A DNA stretch of 63,457 nt, counting the filler, from Octopus bimaculoides (taxonomy: Eukaryota), in NCBI RefSeq assembly GCF_001194135.2. It is 6 parts of 5 records of this genome, joined end to end, with 100 filler letters (N's around TTAATTAATTAA, not from the genome) between each part and the next. Parts side by side here need not be neighbours in the genome. Positions count along the whole stretch, not along the records: positions 31,162 to 41,299 come from NC_068983.1; positions 41,400 to 50,840 come from NC_068987.1; 4 more parts are not named here. One strand, 5' to 3'. The notes beneath the pieces are model-generated. The model was given only the letters and a program-made list of their open reading frames with translations, had not been told where the DNA came from and made no database searches. The translations under genes were made by a program, and so were the position numbers. Positions 36,891 to 50,352 of the stretch are shown in pieces. Positions within the stretch are counted from its first letter, which is position 1; the number at the start of each line of letters is the position of its first letter.

Positions 36891-39275
36891 ACACACGCCT
36901 CAACTTCTTACATACAGACTGTTACTATTGTGTACTCTAAGAACTGGCAAATTCTTATATGTGTTACTGACTCTTTTTTCTATCTGCTGTATCTCACGCA
37001 TACACATACATGTATCACTTACACACTCTTTTCTTTACACGACGGCCTGTCTTTTATTATGTTTTAATATGTCGCATTCACACTCACACACAGACATACA
37101 TTATAAGGCAACAATAAATAATACTGTTATTCATCTTTATCGGTTGTGTTCTATCGTCTTCCTTTACTGGCATTTACGAATTCACGATGTTATCGAAGTA
37201 TAACATATATATATCATCTTTGATATAATTTTGTGTTCGACCGTGTGACGCGTTTAATAAAAGGAGCCCTGTTTTTCCATTCGTCACCATTTCTCCTTTT
37301 TGGGTTCGCACGGTCGTTCTTACACATCAACAGTAACACTTTCTTTCAGTTAACAAATATCATAAAATTACGTCCCTGTTCTGCTGGATCTTACATCTAA
37401 CACGGTGTTAACAGGTACTGATTAGAAATAAAAAATGCTGTTATACGGTACCTTATATATCTTGTGGCCATTCACAACATTTCCTAACAATATAATGATA
37501 AATTATTTATGCGGAAGATAGACTGCTGCTGTTAAGTCATAAACAGAACAATAGTAATTGTAAATGGTCTGAAATTTCGACGAAAATATTTTCATATCTA
37601 CTTGCCTGTTAGCATGAGGTTCAGAGTCTTTACACACACACACACACAGACACACACACCTGTGTATAGATAACAATAATTATTGTTTCATTGTTTCATA
37701 TTCAAAATAGTTTATATTTCTAAAATGTTCATACGTTATGCTATAAACCGAACTGTTAAATTTTGCTTTTATAATGATTGCATATATTTTGAATTTTATA
37801 CAAATTAACAGCCAGGTTCATAGAGCATAATACCTGAATGCTTTAGTACTGTTGTGAAGTTCATTGTTGTGATGGCTGTTTGTTGGTTGTGTGTTGTATT
37901 ATTGGAAACCATCGTAGTGTGGTCTAGCTGGCAGCAGGTATTATAAAAAAGCAAACTCATGAACTTTTAGTTTTATATATTTATTGCTGGACATGATTTA
38001 CTGCATTGGCTCATTACAAAAGAAAGATGTTGATGATATAACCATTAACTGGGAGGGGAGAACCGCGCTGTGTCTATTAGAAACCTAGCTGTTATACATT
38101 GTGTGTCAGTACCCGAAGTTGTTTCTTGCTCAAGGTGGTCTGTCCGAGTACCCGATATGGTTTGGTCTAAGCCTTCTGTGAGTGTCTGAAGTGGTCAACG
38201 CGAGTGTCCAGGGCCGTCAGATCATAACGGTCTCTCGAAGTTGCTTGAGTGAGTAAGGCGCCAAACGGCTTTTATAGGGTGAAAATGGAGTGAATTTTAG
38301 GTAATCTGAGGAGCTGTATCGCGCCACAACTCCATGTTGATTAGTTGGTTTATACATCAATCACGTAAAACTGTGGTGGCTCACTCGTGATCTTTAACTG
38401 AATATCTTGCGGTTGAGGTTCAAATCTCTATGGAATTTAAACTAGATTAAATATAAAACAACAAATTTTCTTTCTTCAATGACATTTGAAACTGCGTTTG
38501 AACTTAAACACTTTTGTTTTTACTTCTTTGTTCGTGAGGGATTTTAATTATGACAGTATCCCAGTAAATATACTGTCTAAATATTCTGTGTGATATATAA
38601 TTGTCTCACAGTTATTGTTAAAGATTCTGGAAGTGTACTTATAGAAAACATGCTCTGAAAGCAAAATATACAAATTATCGTATTTTTCTTAGTATTTGAA
38701 ACCGCATACTAATTTTTTGGAGATCTAATTGTTAAATGAAGAGTTTGAATTACCTTTTTAAATTTCAAAAGAGTCCCTATACAATATCCATGGTCCAATC
38801 ACGTGCCAGGATCTTAAAAGTATCGTTTGCTATATTTGCACAACATATCACAAAATTCCCCAGAGATGTTTCTTCGATGACGCAGTTTAGAGTACATTTG
38901 GTAGAGGTTTGAAACAAGAAGACAAGTCTCTTTTATGTATCTGTTCATCATCGAATTCTAAGTAATTTTAGCATAATCATCAAGACAATATTACAGAAGA
39001 CATATATCAAGCATTGCAGGAGTTAAAAAAAAGGAAACTAACACCTATAGATTACCTTTGTCACGAACAATCAAACACTGATCTTCACTGAAAATAATGT
39101 ACAGTCCATAGCTGTCAAGGGCATTGGATAGTGTGTACTACCAACTATGATTCTCAGTCGAGAGGCTCATTAGGCAACAGCTACTGGAAATCACAAAAAT
39201 AAAATTACCAATAAACAGTTTTAAAAGCTTCACACATCATAGAATAAAAAAAAATTCCCCTTTAGACCTGTATAT

Positions 39276-39530
39276 GGATTAAGAGCACGGGCTACTAACC
39301 CCAAGATTCCGAGTTCGATTCCAGGCAGTGACCTGAATAATAATAATAATAATAATAACATCGAAAAATACCTTAGGAATGAGAACCCAGATTCGAAATT
39401 TCCCCCAAGATGAAGGCTGGAGGATATATCAGCCGAAACTTTGTGTTAACAACAAACAAGATGAGGACAAATATCCGTCAAATGTAAATAATGTACATAA
39501 TTCCTCATCTCTTAAATATAGAACTGTATA
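39276..39530 (+). mobile_element. 5'-truncated tRNA-derived SINE with a degenerate hammerhead-like 3' segment
   Basis: TTAAGAGCACGGGCTACTAACC..GAGTTCGATTCC head, (AAT)n, then GATGA-A-GGCTG gaggatatat CAGCC-GAAAC. Confidence 0.65.
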
Positions 39531-40199
39531 AACTAATGAATGTTCTTACTTTCAGTTGTCGGTTGTCGATCACACGCCGAAGTAGCACCCTTTAATGTCC
39601 ATATAATCGAAGCTACTTTGTTGAAAGTTTGTACCAAAGGAAAAGAGGTTTTCGTTCAACACATTTCTCTAATCAAATATGGCGTTTCAGTTCAAGCGCA
39701 TTTAGTTTCCAATGATGCTGCTTTCCCCCTAAGACTATTAACAAGTCTCAAGGACATTCAGGGTTGCTGAAGTTGAATTGACAATTATGTTTCTTTCCTG
39801 GTTAACTCTGTTATATGTTCACGCGCGTGTGAAGCGGATATCCTTTCATCAGAACGCCAGTCTATAGAATAAGAAAAGTTCTCCACCCCATAACCCTTAC
39901 GGAATAAAACATCAGTTAGAATTGCTTTTGCTTTGTGTTGCATATCAAATTAGAATTACAAGAAAACATACAAAGTTAAATATAAAGAGAATAATTTTGT
40001 AAATCACAAAAATAAAATTATCAATAAACAGTTTTAAAAGCTTCACACATCATAGAATAAAAAAAAAAATTCCTTTTTAAACTTGTATATGGATTACAAC
40101 ATAAAATACAAAATGATCTATATTAAAGCTTGCTATAAACATAACGGAAAAAGAAAACTTGGTACCTGGGCAACGCTCGATGCCTCAATGTGTGAGTGT

Positions 40200-40311
40200 A
40201 GTGACGTCATTTGGCGCCAAAATACAGTCGCCATTACTGCGTTTTCATCCACGCATGCGCAGGGAATAGTTCCGGAAGGAACACAGGAAGAGTCCCATGC
40301 GCATGCGTGGA
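40200..40311. promoter_or_regulatory. Dense housekeeping-type promoter motif cluster
   Basis: TGACGTCA (CRE, 40202), TTTGGCGCCAAA (E2F-like palindrome, 40210), CGCCAT (YY1-like), two NRF1-like GCATGCGC/GCGCATGCG sites (about 40250 and 40298) and TTCCGGAA (ETS, 40270). Confidence 0.6.
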
Positions 40312-42204
40312 ATTCAACATCTAAACGTTCCCGCTCTTTTCATTCTCTTTCTCGGTCGGCCGGCCATGAGCGTGGTCATGCCAAGCTGTCTCTCCAACAT
40401 TCCAACTCTGGGGACAGCTCACAACAACATTCCGGCGTCTCAGCAACCAAGATTAAAGCTGCCTATTTTCACCATAAATAAATATTGTTGTGTTGATAGT
40501 TCAGAGTTCTGCGTTTCGTTGTTCTTTTGAATTTAATATAGGAAAGCAGGTGTACACCTAATGGTGTATAGCCACTTTCCTATATGAGTATGTGTGTGTT
40601 TAAGTGAGGCTTAGTATAGTGTATGAGGTACGACTACTCCAAAGAAAGAAATTTCATCGCACACTATTGTGAATGTTGGAAAGCTTGTTAATTCACAGAA
40701 ACTCGTTGTTTAATTCCGTAAGAGTAATCTGGGATTCTTTCAGTTTTAATTTATTTGCATCTAATGAAGGTAGTCAACTCGTGCAGATTAGTTAAGGATG
40801 AGTTTGGACGAGTGCGCAGAGTATATAATAATACGTGTCTGTTTCTGTGTTAAGAAAAATAATATGTTGATAAATAAAATTTGTAAATCAGAGGGAGGGT
40901 GTGAAAATGGATTAGTATTTTGTTTTCCTTTTATCTATGTGAAAATGAGTGCAAGATACACTGCAGCTCCTGACAGAGAATCTGTCACAGATCTTGGGAC
41001 CCGGTGTATTAGTGTTAAAACGATTTTGTAGTTAGCAGTAACTTGGAGGAATTTGAAATATGAACAATTACAATATTTTAGAATGCTTTTACAAATTCCT
41101 TCGATTCGAATTTCTCTTTCTGCTTCTATTATTTTTGTTCATATAAATTTCAGCTTATGAAAACGATCTCAGTTTTGTCAATCTGAAATTTGAGGTGAAA
41201 AATACGAATTATTTAAATAAATAAATAAATAAATAAATAGAATAGAAATTTTCTTTTAAAAAATGCACAGTATCATTAAGCAATAATTGAAAAGTTAATN
41301 NNNNNNNNNNNNNNNNNNNNNNNNNNNNNNNNNNNNNNNNNNNTTAATTAATTAANNNNNNNNNNNNNNNNNNNNNNNNNNNNNNNNNNNNNNNNNNNNA
41401 TATATATTAAATTATGCTCCCAGTTCAGCATTCTGGCTTTTTTTCATTTTCCTATATATATATATGTATATATGTATGTATTATATATTGATACAGAATG
41501 ATAAACATATGCGTAGATTTATGTGAGTGAGCGTGTATGCATACATGTAAGAGGATGAATATACAAACAGATGAGAACATTTTCAATACATGTAGTAAAG
41601 ATTTAGAGATCAAAGTTGAGGCTTACTCGATCAACTCTCATAATTTTTATTTTAGATTTACATCAGTTGGGTAAATACGTCGATATATATGTGTGTTTTT
41701 GTGCATGTGTGTGTGTGCATATAAGTGTGTGCATGTGTGTATGTCTGTTTATGCTAAGTTTTACGTTAAAACAATTTAATATTAAATTGAAGGATTACTC
41801 AATACGTTGTACTAGAGTACATGTTTATTAAACATTTAGAAGAAAAATAAAAGATGGGAATGACTTCGAAGTTTCGATTTGCTACGTTCGTTTTGCTTTT
41901 ATATAACGTATGATAAATTGTTTTACTGGGATAGGTGGAACGATGTGAAATGATAATTAGGCTTGGTACACTTCGGTATGAGTAGTAGACGTTTAGAAAA
42001 GGGGATAGAAGAGAATAAGTGGTAAGTTTGACAATAGGGTATGGGTTTCGTTTGATGAGAGAATTGTGCTACTGTTTACAGTTGAAGAAAACCTGAAAAT
42101 GACTACGCACATATGTGTGCCCGTTTCAGAAGTGTCCGATGAAGGTCACGAAATTCTTTATATAGAGATTTAATTTTTGATGTTTCATGGTTCATATATG
42201 ATGA

Positions 42205-42242
<38 letters not shown>

Positions 42243-44734
42243 AGCAAAAACCATACGTACTTCTACTGTTTTGATGCTGACTAGATGTGATGCCACATAA
42301 TCTCTCAAGCTCACTCAATCACCAAATCCTGACGTTTCTGTAATTTGCTATATTATTTAGGCTAAACACAGTAAACTAGATCCGACTACTTGAGATTTGT
42401 CTTAGTGAACTATCCACATAAGTTTTCAGCATATTTTTCGACCTTTAATTTCTACATTACTACAACTTATTTAAGCACAAACATAGCTCTTCAAATATTA
42501 CTGGCAGAACCTTACTGTTCTACCCATACAAAAAATAAAAATGTGGACACTCTCTTAACCAAAGCTATTCATCCCAATTTCATCCTGACAAAAATGCTAC
42601 ACATCCCAGTAAAGCGTAAACCACACATTCCAAAGAGCAGGAAAACCCTTTTCCCAATTGGTCCTTTTCTATACGTATTAGGGAAACAGAAGTCTCGCAA
42701 TACAAATTTGGAAATTAAAAAGGACATAACGTTTTATCACAACTTATATATCAATATCAGTACAGCAAAGAGTATTGTATAAAACTTCGACGTTTATGTA
42801 CGTGTTTTGGAAACTGTTGGTAATAGGATCGATTACAAAATATACTTAGTTTGCTTATGGAAGGAACTTATAAACTGGCTACAGACCATAATGGATATAA
42901 AAGATTAATATAAATTACCTTAGAGAATTGATGTTTTTCAGTAATTACATAAGACTTTGCAAGCATAATACCAGTGTTTCTTTCGTATTAAGGTATTAGC
43001 TGAAGACCGAATAAATATGACAAATAGGATCTCGAGCAATAATATGATGACTATGTATAATTAAAGAAAGAGAGCTTGAAAATAATATCTATACACTAAG
43101 ATTTATGTATAATACATTTTATAATTTCTCAGATAACCTTTGCGTTTCGAGTATTCAAACACTCTTAAAATGTTGTGCATAGTGGTTCAGAGTAGTGATT
43201 CCCTACACAACGTAGTAACAAGAATTCTGCCAACAGAATTTAGTTCACTGAATTCTGATAAATTTCTTGTACTGAATTGGTTTGAAGCACAAACTGAAGG
43301 TGGACCTTTCAGATACGTATGTCTCTCTGCAGCAACTGGGTGTACAAGTCAATTTAGTGATGTCGGTTTTATTTCCAAATTTTTACCTTCCTTTTTTAGA
43401 AGACACATTGTAGACATAAAGCAATTATCATCGAGTGAAATTTTCTGGCTGCACATGTAACTGAGAATCTATTGTTTCTGTTATTTAAAAAGTGAAGTTG
43501 GTGATTAGGAATTGTCTAACTAGACATAAGTTGGCTTAATATAATATCTATTTATAATTTAGTACATGTACATAAATATATATCTCTATACACTCAAACA
43601 CACCTACACAGACACACGTATGCGCATCAATATGTATATCTACGTATATATACCTGTATATGTGTATACGCATAGGTAGAGCATGCCCAAGGTTTAAAAA
43701 ATTGCCTTCGCTACAACGGCCTACAGGTTCGATGTACCTGCATACGGAAAATATCGCTCCTAATAGCTTCAGTTCCACCTTTTAAAATTCAGTAGACAGT
43801 AGCTACATATCTGCCGGTTATATGAATTCATAATAATTCAAAATAGCTACCTTTATCTCTCTCCCACTATCTATCCATATGTGTGCGTATATATATAAGA
43901 TCGGAAGAGCGNNNNNNNNNNNNNNNNNNNNNNNNNNNNNNNNNNNNNNNNNNNNNNNNNNNNNNNNNNNNNNNNNNNNNNNNNNNNNNNNNNNNNNNNN
44001 NNNNNNNNNNNNNNNNNNNNNNNNNNNNNNNNNNNNNNNNNNNNNNNNNNNNNNNNNNNNNNNNNNNNNNNNNNNNNNNNNNNNNNNNNNNNNNNNNNNN
44101 NNNNNNNNNNNNNNNNNNNNNNNNNNNNNNNNNNNNNNNNNNNNNNNNNNNNNNNNNNNNNNNNNNNNNNNNNNNNNNNNNNNNNNNNNNNNNNNNNNNN
44201 NNNNNNNNNNNNNNNNNNNNNNNNNNNNNNNNNNNNNNNNNNNNNNNNNNNNNNNNNNNNNNNNNNNNNNNNNNNNNNNNNNNNNNNNNNNNNNNNNNNN
44301 NNNNNNNNNNNNNNNNNNNNNNNNNNNNNNNNNNNNNNNNNNNNNNNNNNNNNNNNNNNNNNNNNNNNNNNNNNNNNNNNNNNNNNNNNNNNNNNNNNNN
44401 NNNNNNNNNNNNNNNNNNNNNNNNNNNNNNNNNNNNNNNNNNNNNNNNNNNNNNNNNNNNNNNNNNNNNNNNNNNNNNNNNNNNNNNNNNNNNNNNNNNN
44501 NNNNNNNNNNNNNNNNNNNNNNNNNNNNNNNNNNNNNNNNNNNNNNNNNNNNNNNNNNNNNNNNNNNNNNNNNNNNNATTCGACGTCATATTACTTCTAA
44601 TGGAAAATAATCCCACCATTGGCATAACGCATATATTTGTTTGTTAGTTCTTATACCCTTGCCACCAGATTAAAAAATATATATATCTTGCTGATATTTA
44701 CCTGTGTTCTACATTCACGTATACGAAAGATTAT

Positions 44735-44737
44735 CAT

Positions 44738-44768
<31 letters not shown>

Positions 44769-44812
44769 CATACATACAAACATACACACACATACATACA
44801 TACATACATACA

Positions 44813-44843
<31 letters not shown>

Positions 44844-44850
44844 GTACATA
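44735..44850. repeat. (CATA)n microsatellite
   Basis: Direct run. Confidence 0.95.
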
Positions 44851-45603
44851 CGTGTGGGGGTGCGGAGGGGGTGGTTTAAACAGCACGAAAGTATGTATAA
44901 AGATTGTTTTACAGTTATTACATTGATTGACTTTACAAATATCACCAGTTTCGATGAGTATTTCCTTCATATCAAATATTAAAAACTGAAAGCAAAAAAT
45001 CCAGGAATAAGAAAAATTGGAAATTAAAAACAGTTTGTTCTCATATTTTGTGCATAGTAAAGAAAATATGAGAATTTTCATTGTAGAATCTCATCTTATA
45101 TATGTTGTTTATGTAAGAGTCTGGAATGCGTCGAGTGTCAGAAATTCTATTCAATCGAAAATCATTCTTTTGAATTGAATAGCAAGGATCTATTCAGAAT
45201 ATGGTAAGGTGTGTGTGTGTTCAGTTTTTTGGGGGTACGCTGTTTTGGGGAAGGAAATACTTTCTTACTTTTCTTTTCAGAAAATGGTTAGCTGTATGTA
45301 TATATTGTGTTAAATGGATTTCAGCGGGAAGTGAAGAAATATTTTGAATTAACAATTAACAAGTTCCTTTTCTACTGCGAATATGGTCAGTCGTGTGTAT
45401 ATATTGTATATATTGTGTTAAATAGATTTCAAGGATGTTCAACAGTAAAATTGAAAGAGTTTCAAGAAATTATTTTTTATCTGCTTTGTGGTTTGTGTGT
45501 GTATCTGTATGTGTCTCTCTGTCTGGCTGTTTGTCTGTGTGTAAGTATTCCTTTGTTAAGTCTTGGCGGTGTGTATGTTTGTTTTTGTTTCTTTGTTTAT
45601 GTA

Positions 45604-45840
45604 TATACAGGGTGCGGTGAATACACTGTCATCTAAATTACGCAAAAATTAAAAGAACATTTTAACAGATATATTTACTAAACTTACATAAAAGAGAAAA
45701 CTTATTCAATAAAACCGCTAATTGGCTTCAACCACGGCTTCCAGACGGCTTCGGAATCTCCTGCAACTCTTCTGGAAGGCCTCCTTTTTTAAATTGGTGA
45801 ATGCTGCTGTTATCCTTGCCTTCAGTTCCTCTTTCGTGAG
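45604..45840 (-). mobile_element. Tc1/mariner (DD37D-like) transposon right end
   Basis: TATACAGGGTG terminus; minus-strand TKEELKARITAAFTNLKKEAFQKSCRRFRSRLEAVVEAN. Confidence 0.7.
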
Positions 45841-46459
45841 AGCTTGGTGTTATTACTTAGCACTTGTAGATTACATTTTTGCCAAGACGGAAATCTCCAA
45901 GAGGGCCGATTTGAAACACTCAACGAGTACAAGTTTTCCTGCTTGCCTTGCGGTTGGAGTTTACTACTGCGAAGGTCAGGTTCCTATCGTCCGTTGTCGG
46001 TGATCGTTATATCATCCATAAAATGGAGATGATTTATCTGACCATAGCCTTTTCTTTTTTTCAAGTCACAAGCCCTTTTGACCCCTCTAATAAAAAACTG
46101 AGCGGTATCCTGACCAATACAAACTGTAATGGAAATAGGTTGTCTTGTTGAAATATACCACGTTTGATGTTCATATTCCCAAGCCTTCGTTTCCCTCCAG
46201 TCAGTTCAGCATTCCAATATTACATTTAATCATTGAGGGTTTTCTCCGTATTTTCTGTCGCTCCAAATATGCTCATTGATTTACTTATGCAGCTGTGTGG
46301 TTGAATCTCATATGCTTTTCTCTAATCCAACTATGCTATATTCAGTTCTGTCATACTGAATCTACAATTTCTAATTCTCATTTCATCATCTAATGCTCTT
46401 CAGTTGCCCTAGATTGCTTCCTACATTCTTTCTCTTACAATGTTGTTAAGGACATTACA

Positions 46460-46642
46460 CTTCATGTATATTTTCTAGATGATATAATAATACTAATGAT
46501 AATAATGATATTAATAATAATAATAATATTAATAAATATAATAATGATAATAATGATAATAATAATGATAATAATATTAATAAATATAATAATGATAATA
46601 ATGATAATAATAATGATAATAATGATGATAATAATAATAATA

Positions 46643-46690
<48 letters not shown>

Positions 46691-46735
46691 TCATCATCAT
46701 CATCGTTGTTATTATTCTCATTATTATTATTATTA

Positions 46736-46769
<34 letters not shown>

Positions 46770-46810
46770 CATTATATTTTTCTATCATTATTATTATTAT
46801 TGTTCTTATC
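46460..46810. repeat. (AAT)n followed by inverted (ATT)n microsatellite
   Basis: Orientation flips at about 46690 across an (ATC)n spacer. Confidence 0.9.
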
Positions 46811-46829
46811 GTTATTGTTGTAGTTGTTT

Positions 46830-47135
46830 CTCTTTCTATCGCATACGTAAATGGCTTGCTCCCTGCAGACTACGGTGCAATGCTATGTATTCTTTTCAAC
46901 TTTTTAATACTGTCCTGATTCTTCTGGCCGTGCCAAGGAGGCAAACCTTTTGTAACAGTTCTACTGAGGCCAATTTCCTTAATATTCTTCTTGATGACTT
47001 CTGATACTGTTTTCAAGGACCCCAACGCCATAACGAATTCCAACGCCATAACGAACTACTGCTACTGCGCGCGAGTTTATTGCCGAAATTATGTTTCTGG
47101 CATTCAGCTTTTTCATCAAAACAGAACACGGAGCA
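46830..47135 (-). mobile_element. R4/Dong-like non-LTR retrotransposon fragment
   Basis: KLNARNIISAINSRAVAVVRYGVGI motif; abuts the (TAA)n tract. Clade assignment tentative. Confidence 0.5.
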
Positions 47136-49324
47136 GTCACAAACCAGATATTATGAAGCACAAATACGCCAAAACTTGTCCCTCGAAGATTAGGAAGAGG
47201 AAATTCTAGATTTCCATCAAGGACATTGATGGAAATCATCACATTCCTGGGCTAAGACATTGATCCTGATGTGGTCTTCGGTGATATATGTGACGAACAT
47301 CATAACTAGAGAAGTCGGCATGATCACACTATGCCATGAAATAATCACAGAGCTGTACCTTGTAGCGAATACTTAGAGGCTTTAATACTCCTCATTTATA
47401 AGAGAAATCTTAACTACTTCTCATTTGATAGTAAATAGTATTTCAGGACTCCCTGCCCAGAAAGTTGAGAAGAAGAAATGGAACAACAATAGAAGCAAAC
47501 TACACAAAACAGATTTCCTTGTTATCCGAGTTGCACCAAATAAAACCGTCAAGTTTTCATTTTATGATTCAGCTATAAGCTCTAGAAACTGTCTCTAACG
47601 ACTAACGGAGAAAATGAGGAGGAGAGTAACAATGAGAGAATGACCCACAGAATAACAAGAAATGGATGTGCCTAAATTTCTATTTACAGCAGCTGCCCCA
47701 CATCCATTTTGGAGGATTAAGGCAAGCAATGTTCTGCGAAAAGCGGTGAGAATCATCATGAAGCATTTCCAAATAGTAATTCAGAGTTCGAGGAGAGTAA
47801 TAATTTACGTGTCCAGTCAGGAGGAAACCATTTTCTATTATATGGCAGGGGAATCTGCAGTGGAGCAGAACTCGTCTCCCATCTATGGAATTAAATTTCA
47901 CAGCCATTCACAAAACCAGTAATTACTTAGCAATGACTCATGTGATGCCTCATGACTTTTGAAATTGAGAACCAAATAAGAAAACAGATTTGATCGAAAA
48001 GCGCCAAAAACAAAATAAAAAAAACACACTTGTTAACGATTAAATCATTTTAGTCAAAGTTTCTATTTAGTCTAGTGAACACAATGCAGATTTTAAAAAC
48101 AATATTTATAATTAGGACTGCAGTATGACATTTTCAATACTGCAGAAAAGAGCCAATTCACTTTTGTGCAGGTTGTGTACTCTTTTGTTAACTAATGTTC
48201 TGTTAGCTATATGTGTCATTATGATCGTTCAATTATTCAATGTATTTGTTTATAAATTTATAGTCTTGTCATAACATCGATCGCAGAACATCTTTACATG
48301 TTTCTATATCTTAGCTATGCTAGGTCATCCCAAAAAACCTAGATTTCTATACATAAATTCGTCCCCACGCTGGAATTTTGGCGAGCTTACCTGCCTGCTT
48401 CCACTTCGACCCTCTCTCTCTCTCTCTACCCACCCTCCTCTTCCAATTGATTTCCGATGTTGTAGGCAGTCACACATTACGATAGCCATTTAACAGCTCT
48501 CTCTCCCAAAATATGTGAGCCTTTTCTATTACTTTCGAAGTTTGCTTAAACTTTCCATATGTATAAATGAAGAATATATGAAATTATTTTCAATATCTAG
48601 AGAAAGAAATTTTCACCACTGTCTACGATGACGGAAGGTCAGTAACGATCGAAGAACTGCCTGACTAGATTTCTTCTTGCTCTATACTAAGTCCAAATTC
48701 TGCCGAGGTTAGCATTCCCTTTTATCACTCCTAGATCGATGGAACATAGTATTAACCAAATAATAGTCTCAATGGTATGGGCCAACCCCTCCCTAAAACT
48801 CGGTCGATATGTGCCTAGAGTAAAAACCATTATTATTATTTGCAATAGTTGTAGGTTTTACCTTGTCTCTCATGGGGGATATTTACTTAAACTACTGGCG
48901 ATATTTTTTCATACCCTGTATATAGAAATAGTCGAAAGAATGCATTGTTTGGGCAAAAACTGTATGAGGGTTCACCTCTAGTATTTGGATCACCCTACGT
49001 TTTATTAAACTCCCAATGATCTAACGGCAAAATTTACAGCATCAAGATTTTAAAACAAGTTAAAAAGATCTGAAATATACAAATATTAACAATTATCTGG
49101 GTATTAACACAAGGTCAGTCTGAATGTTGGGAAGTTACAGCAGTTAATTTTACTCCGGTAGATACTTGAAATAATATGTTTTCGAAAATTGGCAGCAGTA
49201 AATTTTTGATTGAAATATTAGTTCAGCGAACAATGCTTTTTAAAAGTTTTTATTGAGACTAACTTATTAAAGATTTCTTTACTTATAAAGGATAGTGTTC
49301 TTGAGACAGACTCAGGATGTGTAC

Positions 49325-49530
49325 AATGGCTTGTGAACTACAAAGCTGCATTGACTTGTGAAATGTAACTTGAAATGGTTTATGGTGTGTAAGCTACAAT
49401 GGCTTCTGAAATATAAGCTGCAACGGTTTCTGTGCTGTAAGATATAATGGTTTGGCAACTGTAATCTAAAATGGTTTCTGAACTGCAAGTTGTGAAGCTT
49501 GTGACTGTAATTTAAGCTGCACTGGCTTCT
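49325..49530. repeat. Diverged 24-bp minisatellite (about 8-9 units)
   Basis: Units resemble CAATGGCTTCTGAACTGTAAGCTG. Confidence 0.75.
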
Positions 49531-49955
49531 AACACTCACTTCTGCGTCTTTTCATATTTTTCATATTTATGAAACTTGTCAAGTTGGCTGGTTCGTGCAA
49601 GGAAAATGGAAGTGTGATCTTTGTAATACGAAATGATTTGTAGTACTGTGGCAGATAAAAACTTTGCGTACCTGTTCGTCATCGTGTTCATTGCTCTAAA
49701 GTACTTCGTCGACAAAACACTTCTATGTAGCTGGATGCACGAAGTCCTTGGTGAGGAGTGTATTACTCAACACGCCGCGTGATTATTCACAGCCAGTTTC
49801 TAGAGAAGTACGACCCGCAAAATTGGAGGATATCTTTTGAAAGAGCACCGGCCTCAAACATCCAGAACTAATGAGGCAGGGCTCTATGTAAAAGTAAATG
49901 CCTCGAGAGTAAGAAATAAGGTCTACGAATAAATATATTCTGTTAATTCTAAAAT

Positions 49956-49989
<34 letters not shown>

Positions 49990-50157
49990 TGCATGTATGT
50001 ACGTATGAATGTTTCATAATTGACAGGAATATTAGTATCATACAATACAACGTGCTTTGTTTCTTTCCAATATTTATGTTCGATTTCAAATCTTATCGAT
50101 GTCAAATTAGCCTGTCATATGTCAGCGATCAATGAAATACTGATAAATGGTTCCAGA

Positions 50158-50352
50158 TGTTGGCACAAGTCAATTACGTGTGAGAGGGTAAGTCGATTAC
50201 ATCGACCCCAGTACTCAGCTGGTACTTATGTAATCGACCCCGAAAGGATGAAATGACAAAGTCCAACTTGTTGAAATTACAAGGTATAGATGAACCACAT
50301 GCCGCTAAGTATTTAGTCGGGCGTGCTACCAATTCTACCATCTCATCGCCTT
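50158..50352 (-). mobile_element. CORE-SINE copy
   Basis: Homologous to 20146-20357. Confidence 0.75.

Noticed and set aside
37405-37425. CAGGTACTGA resembling the 3' end of miR-12
   Set aside because: The seed half does not match.
40200-40450. Candidate telomerase, MRP or 7SK RNA
   Set aside because: No CTAACCCT template and no conserved MRP or 7SK motifs recognised.
42276-42300. TGACTAGA miR-279-like seed
   Set aside because: No complementary arm or precursor hairpin.
43140-43460. 106-aa ORF with nearby splice-like signals
   Set aside because: No recognisable domain, and an in-frame stop follows the acceptor; insufficient support.
46455-46918. Poly-I/N/L ORFs (and similar HT/VC/YI-rich ORFs elsewhere)
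   Set aside because: Translations of microsatellites.
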